From Alkalimarinus coralli (lineage in GTDB: Bacteria > Pseudomonadota > Gammaproteobacteria > Pseudomonadales > Oleiphilaceae): 24,000 nt of DNA. Position 1 is the stretch's first letter. Each line of letters opens with the position of its first letter. The notes under the pieces are model-generated. The model was given only the letters and a program-made list of their open reading frames with translations, was not told where the DNA came from and made no database searches. This document shows, piece by piece, positions 20,034 to 24,000 of this stretch. The DNA lies in assembly GCF_023650515.1 (NCBI RefSeq), contig NZ_CP096016.1, positions 652,513 to 676,512 on the forward strand, read 5' to 3'. Made by a program: the position numbers and the translations under genes.

Positions 20034-21398
20034 ATGAAACTAAGAAAAAGAATTTTAGCAGGTGGGGTTATTACGCTATCTTTGCTGGCATCTGCGGTGT
20101 CAGCGAAGGTATCAGAGTCTGAAGCGGCTAAACTAGGGGCTGAACTAACCCCTATTGGTGCTGAGAAAGCGGGTAATGCGGACGGCACTATCCCTGAATG
20201 GACTGGCGGATATACAAACGTGCCAGCGGGTTATGTGTCCGGTGACCGTCTTCCGAATCCATTCCCTGATGATCAACCCTTGTTTACCATCACTAAGGAT
20301 AATATGGATAAGTACAAGGATAATATGTCTCCCGGGCAGATTGCCATGATGACAAAATATCCCGACTATGTTCTTCCTGTTTACAAAACGCGCAGAACAG
20401 CCGCTTATCCTCAGGCGATTTATGATGGAGCAAAAGCAAACGCCACGACGGTCGAGATGGTAGAGGGAGGGAATGGCTTAACGCCATTTCAGGTGTCAGT
20501 ACCCTTTCCAATTCCTCAGAACGGGCTTGAGGTGATATGGAACCACATAACCCGGTATCGTGGCGGGTCGGTTCGTCGTACTATCGGTCAGGCAACGCCG
20601 CTGGCAAACGGTAACTACAGTATTGTCCAGTTTTTGGACGAGATTACCTGGCGTACTTCGTTACAAGACTACGACCCAAATACAGACCCTAACGTGCTTT
20701 TCTACTTTAAGCAGGTTATTCAGGCACCAACCCGTTTAGCAGGTAACGTGTTGCTAGCCCATGAAACGATTGACCAAGTAAAAGAGCCACGTCGTGCCTG
20801 GGTATATAACGCCGGTCAACGCCGGGTTAGACGCGCACCTCAGGTTGCCTATGATGGACCGGGAACCGCGTCAGATGGTCTTCGTACTTCTGATAATTTT
20901 GATATGTATAATGGTTCCCCGGATCGTTATAACTGGAATTTGGTGGGCAAAAAAGAGGCTTATATTCCTTACAACTCCTATAAGCTTGATTCGACTGATC
21001 TGAAATATGATCAAATAATTAAGCCAGGGCATATCAATCAGGATCTAACGCGTTATGAGTTACACCGTGTATGGGTGGTCGAAGCAACATTGAAAGAAGG
21101 GCAGAGACACATATACGCAAAACGTACGTTCTATATTGATGAGGATACATGGCAGGCGACGGTTATAGATCATTATGATGGTCGCGGCGAATTGTGGCGA
21201 GTCGCGGAAGCACATAATATGAGCTTCTATGGTGAGCTGGTGCCCTGGTATACGGTAGAGACTCTGTATGACTTATTGTCAGGCCGCTATTTGGTCAATG
21301 GCCTGAATAACGAACAAGACAAGAGTTATGTATTTAACTTAAAGAGGTCATCAAAGGACTATACGCCTGCAGCGTTAAGGCGAGCGGGTAAGCGATAG
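20034..21398 (+). CDS. DUF1329 family periplasmic/outer-membrane lipid-handling protein (LolB-like fold family)
   Basis: 454 aa with signal peptide, LTPIGAEKAGNADGTIPEWTGG, PDYVLPVYKTRRTAAYP and RHIYAKRTFYIDEDTWQATVIDHYDGRGELWRVAEAH. Confidence 0.88.
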   Translation: MKLRKRILAGGVITLSLLASAVSAKVSESEAAKLGAELTPIGAEKAGNADGTIPEWTGGYTNVPAGYVSGDRLPNPFPDDQPLFTITKDNMDKYKDNMSPGQIAMMTKYPDYVLPVYKTRRTAAYPQAIYDGAKANATTVEMVEGGNGLTPFQVSVPFPIPQNGLEVIWNHITRYRGGSVRRTIGQATPLANGNYSIVQFLDEITWRTSLQDYDPNTDPNVLFYFKQVIQAPTRLAGNVLLAHETIDQVKEPRRAWVYNAGQRRVRRAPQVAYDGPGTASDGLRTSDNFDMYNGSPDRYNWNLVGKKEAYIPYNSYKLDSTDLKYDQIIKPGHINQDLTRYELHRVWVVEATLKEGQRHIYAKRTFYIDEDTWQATVIDHYDGRGELWRVAEAHNMSFYGELVPWYTVETLYDLLSGRYLVNGLNNEQDKSYVFNLKRSSKDYTPAALRRAGKR

Positions 21399-21434
21399 TC
21401 ATAGCTAGCTAAAATAATCTATTTGTACCATTAC

Positions 21435-21465
21435 AGAGGGTGGAGAATATCCACCCTCTTTTTTT
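21435..21465 (+). terminator. Rho-independent terminator after the DUF1302-DUF1329 pair
   Basis: agagggtgga-gaata-tccaccctct followed by six or more T. Confidence 0.93.
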
Positions 21466-21545
21466 GCTTTTCGTCCTCTATTTGTATTAAATTAGACTCC
21501 CTTCCGGTCTAACGCCGGTTCAGATTACTCATCAATGGGGTTTGG

Positions 21546-24000
21546 GTGAAAGCAAGTTTCGGTAAAACATCTGCTGCGAATGATGAAGCTAGCGGATACA
21601 CTTCGAAATCGATAGATCAAATCATTAAAGGTGGCAATTCCCCGTCTGTGATCGGGCGGTCTTTCCTGCGTAAAAAAATTATTGCACCTGCTTTAAGTCC
21701 GCATTATACGCACCTCGACAGGCTGGATGGATATCTAGAGGGTATCAGAAACTCGCGATTGAGCATTTTATGTGCGCCAGCAGGTTATGGTAAAACATCT
21801 CTCCTTAGTCATTGGATTCAAAAAGACAAAGCCAACCTCCCTCAAATAGCGTGGTTGACCCTTGATGTTCGTGATAATGATATTGTAAGGCTATGTAGCT
21901 ACCTGTTAGAAAGTCTTTCTGATGTTTTATCCGAAGTAGTTAAAGAAGGGTTGTATTTGCAATTGGATGCATATGGGGGGCGTTGGAGTGAAGCCGCTTC
22001 TGAAAAAGTTGTTGTTCAATTAGTAGAGAAAATTGAGCTGTCTGACGCTCCGGTAAAAATTATTTTTGACAATTTTCAACATATTCAAGGTGGACAAGTT
22101 AAGGGGTTTGTTGATGCGTTGCTGGCTCATGCCCCTGCAAACTTGTCTATTGTTGTTATTTCAAGCCAGCCGACTGGTTTAGCTATCACCAAGTTTCGCT
22201 TAGAGCGGAATATTACTGAAATTGGAGTGAAAGAACTTCAACTTACAGAATCAGAAGCCATACGACTCTTAAATGCTCTGCTGCCTGAGTCGGTAGAGAC
22301 AGAAGTCATTCAGGAGCTGTCTCAACGTTGTGAAGGCTGGGGTGCAGGTCTCCACTTATTATCTATCGATTTGCAAAATAAAGATTTGGCGTCAGAGGTC
22401 GTATTGCCTGACTCTGTGGAGTATGTAAAAGAGTATTTCTTCAATGACGTTCTCTCCAGTCTGACGGGGCATGAATTAAACGGTCTTTGCCGACTAAGCG
22501 TTGTTGACTACTGGTGTTCTGATTTGTGCTCTCATTTATTGGGCCCCTCGGCAGGGGGGGAGTGGCTTAGAAATATGGCCCAGAAACTGGGGTTTATTGA
22601 GCAGCTCAATGATAAGGGCGTTTGGTACCGACCTCATCCTCTTCTTAAAGGGGTTTTGTTTGATGTCGAGAAACTGAAGGCTGATCGTTGTGCCATTTAT
22701 GAAGATATTTCGATCTGGTTTGAGTCTCGCGGCATGGTGTCTGATGCCATTGAGTATGCAATCAAATCAGAAAATAGTAACCGTGTTATGTCCCTGTTAG
22801 TTAAGTTGTCGAATGCCTCGCTGCTGGATCAAAACATGGCGACACTTCTCGGTATTCGTAAAAAGGTTCTGGAAAGTGGTCATGACGTAACCAACCGAAG
22901 AACTATCGTTTACCTTTGGACACTGATGGCTTGCTCCAGAATTGATGAAGCCCTCAATTATATTGAGCTCTTGCCGGATGATTTTGCAGTGCAAAACCCG
23001 GATATGGGAGCGGAACTGCTAGCCGTAAACGCCTATATTGCTAAAGCCCGTGGTGATGTTGAGCGGTCGTTTAACCTGGCCCGAGAGGCCCTGGCACGGT
23101 TAAGTGATGATAGAGTGGCTGTAAAAGTGATTTGCCAGCTGATTATTTCGAATAGCCATAGTTTGATGGGGCGGTTTGATGATGCCAAAAAAGCCAACCG
23201 CAAGGCCGTTGTTGTGGCTCGTGAGCATAATGATGTCAAGCTTGAAATGCTGGGCATGTATGACTCTGCAAGAATTGAGTTAGCCAGAGGTTATCTTAAT
23301 CGAGTGTCAACCCTGGTTAAGCAGGGCCTTGAATTAAACGGTGTGTCTATTAATGATCTGCACAATATTGCTGAAGGAAGGCTAAAGGTATATTGGGCGC
23401 TTGTTAAAATGCACCAAGGTAAACTCCTTGAGGCTGAGCGGATTGTAAATGTAGCCGCTCGAGAAGCAGAAAGAAGCAATGATATTGGCGCATTTTACTC
23501 TTATATAGTGAAAGCAGTTTTACACAAAGGGGCTGGGGATATTGATTTAGCATTTGGCATGATTGGCCGTGCTGAGCGGTTTATCCGCGTTTGGCAAATT
23601 GATGATGTGAGTTATACCTGTGCGTTAAACGTTGCAAAGGCTATGTTATGGATAGAGCAGGGTAACTTTGATCGCGCTTCGGTTGCTCTGGCTGAACTCA
23701 ACGAATATCATCAAGCGGGTTTGGTTGCAGATATGTTTCCACTTCTGCCTGGTTCTCGTGATTTGCTGGAAATTCGACTGCTAATCAAAACAGGTGAGAC
23801 GGTGAGAGCTCTTGAACAGTTAACCTCACTTCAGCGCATAGAAAAAAACCGGGCACCCAATAGTGTTACCTCTATTTATATTTTGATTTATCAGTCGATT
23901 TTATATAGTAAAGGACATAAGCCTGACCGAGCGCTAATGGCTATGCGAACGGCAATAAAAAAGGCTGAAATAGAAAATTGGTCTAGCCCATTTTGGGATC
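21546..24000 (+). CDS. MalT-like LuxR-family ATP-dependent transcriptional regulator (STAND NTPase), truncated by window edge
   Basis: Open frame from a GTG start with no stop to the window end. N-terminus reads FLRKKIIAPALSPHYTHLDRLDGYLE...SILCAPAGYGKTSLLSHWIQ (Walker A), then KIIFDNFQHI and GWGAGLHLLSIDL, followed by TPR-like helical repeats. Not listed in the supplied ORF track. Confidence 0.85.
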   Translation, partial: MKASFGKTSAANDEASGYTSKSIDQIIKGGNSPSVIGRSFLRKKIIAPALSPHYTHLDRLDGYLEGIRNSRLSILCAPAGYGKTSLLSHWIQKDKANLPQIAWLTLDVRDNDIVRLCSYLLESLSDVLSEVVKEGLYLQLDAYGGRWSEAASEKVVVQLVEKIELSDAPVKIIFDNFQHIQGGQVKGFVDALLAHAPANLSIVVISSQPTGLAITKFRLERNITEIGVKELQLTESEAIRLLNALLPESVETEVIQELSQRCEGWGAGLHLLSIDLQNKDLASEVVLPDSVEYVKEYFFNDVLSSLTGHELNGLCRLSVVDYWCSDLCSHLLGPSAGGEWLRNMAQKLGFIEQLNDKGVWYRPHPLLKGVLFDVEKLKADRCAIYEDISIWFESRGMVSDAIEYAIKSENSNRVMSLLVKLSNASLLDQNMATLLGIRKKVLESGHDVTNRRTIVYLWTLMACSRIDEALNYIELLPDDFAVQNPDMGAELLAVNAYIAKARGDVERSFNLAREALARLSDDRVAVKVICQLIISNSHSLMGRFDDAKKANRKAVVVAREHNDVKLEMLGMYDSARIELARGYLNRVSTLVKQGLELNGVSINDLHNIAEGRLKVYWALVKMHQGKLLEAERIVNVAAREAERSNDIGAFYSYIVKAVLHKGAGDIDLAFGMIGRAERFIRVWQIDDVSYTCALNVAKAMLWIEQGNFDRASVALAELNEYHQAGLVADMFPLLPGSRDLLEIRLLIKTGETVRALEQLTSLQRIEKNRAPNSVTSIYILIYQSILYSKGHKPDRALMAMRTAIKKAEIENWSSPFWD

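Overview
The window is mostly a conserved gammaproteobacterial cell-envelope and housekeeping neighbourhood. The left part, on the minus strand, holds lptB (partial), lptA, lptC, kdsD and a yrbG-type Ca2+/Na+ antiporter. Next, on the plus strand, come mlaF-E-D-C-B, ibaG, murA, hisG (short form) and hisD. A DegS/AlgW-type protease (-), a Nif3/YbgI-family gene (+), zapG/yhcB (-) and zapE (+) follow. kdsC and hisC are missing from the positions where they are usually found. An IS110-family element, IS1111-like by my reading, lies just after the zapE stop codon. It has 12-bp subterminal inverted repeats, a 12-bp stem that would bury the transposase ribosome-binding site, and about 475 nt of structured non-coding DNA after the transposase. 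That non-coding region is the best candidate for an unusual system, namely a bridge RNA/seekRNA. Short sequences shared with both flanks could be target guides. The right part holds a thiolase (-), a DUF1302/DUF1329 pair (+), a strong terminator and a large MalT-like LuxR-family regulator that runs off the window and is absent from the supplied ORF track. All family names come from reading the protein sequences; no database search was run.
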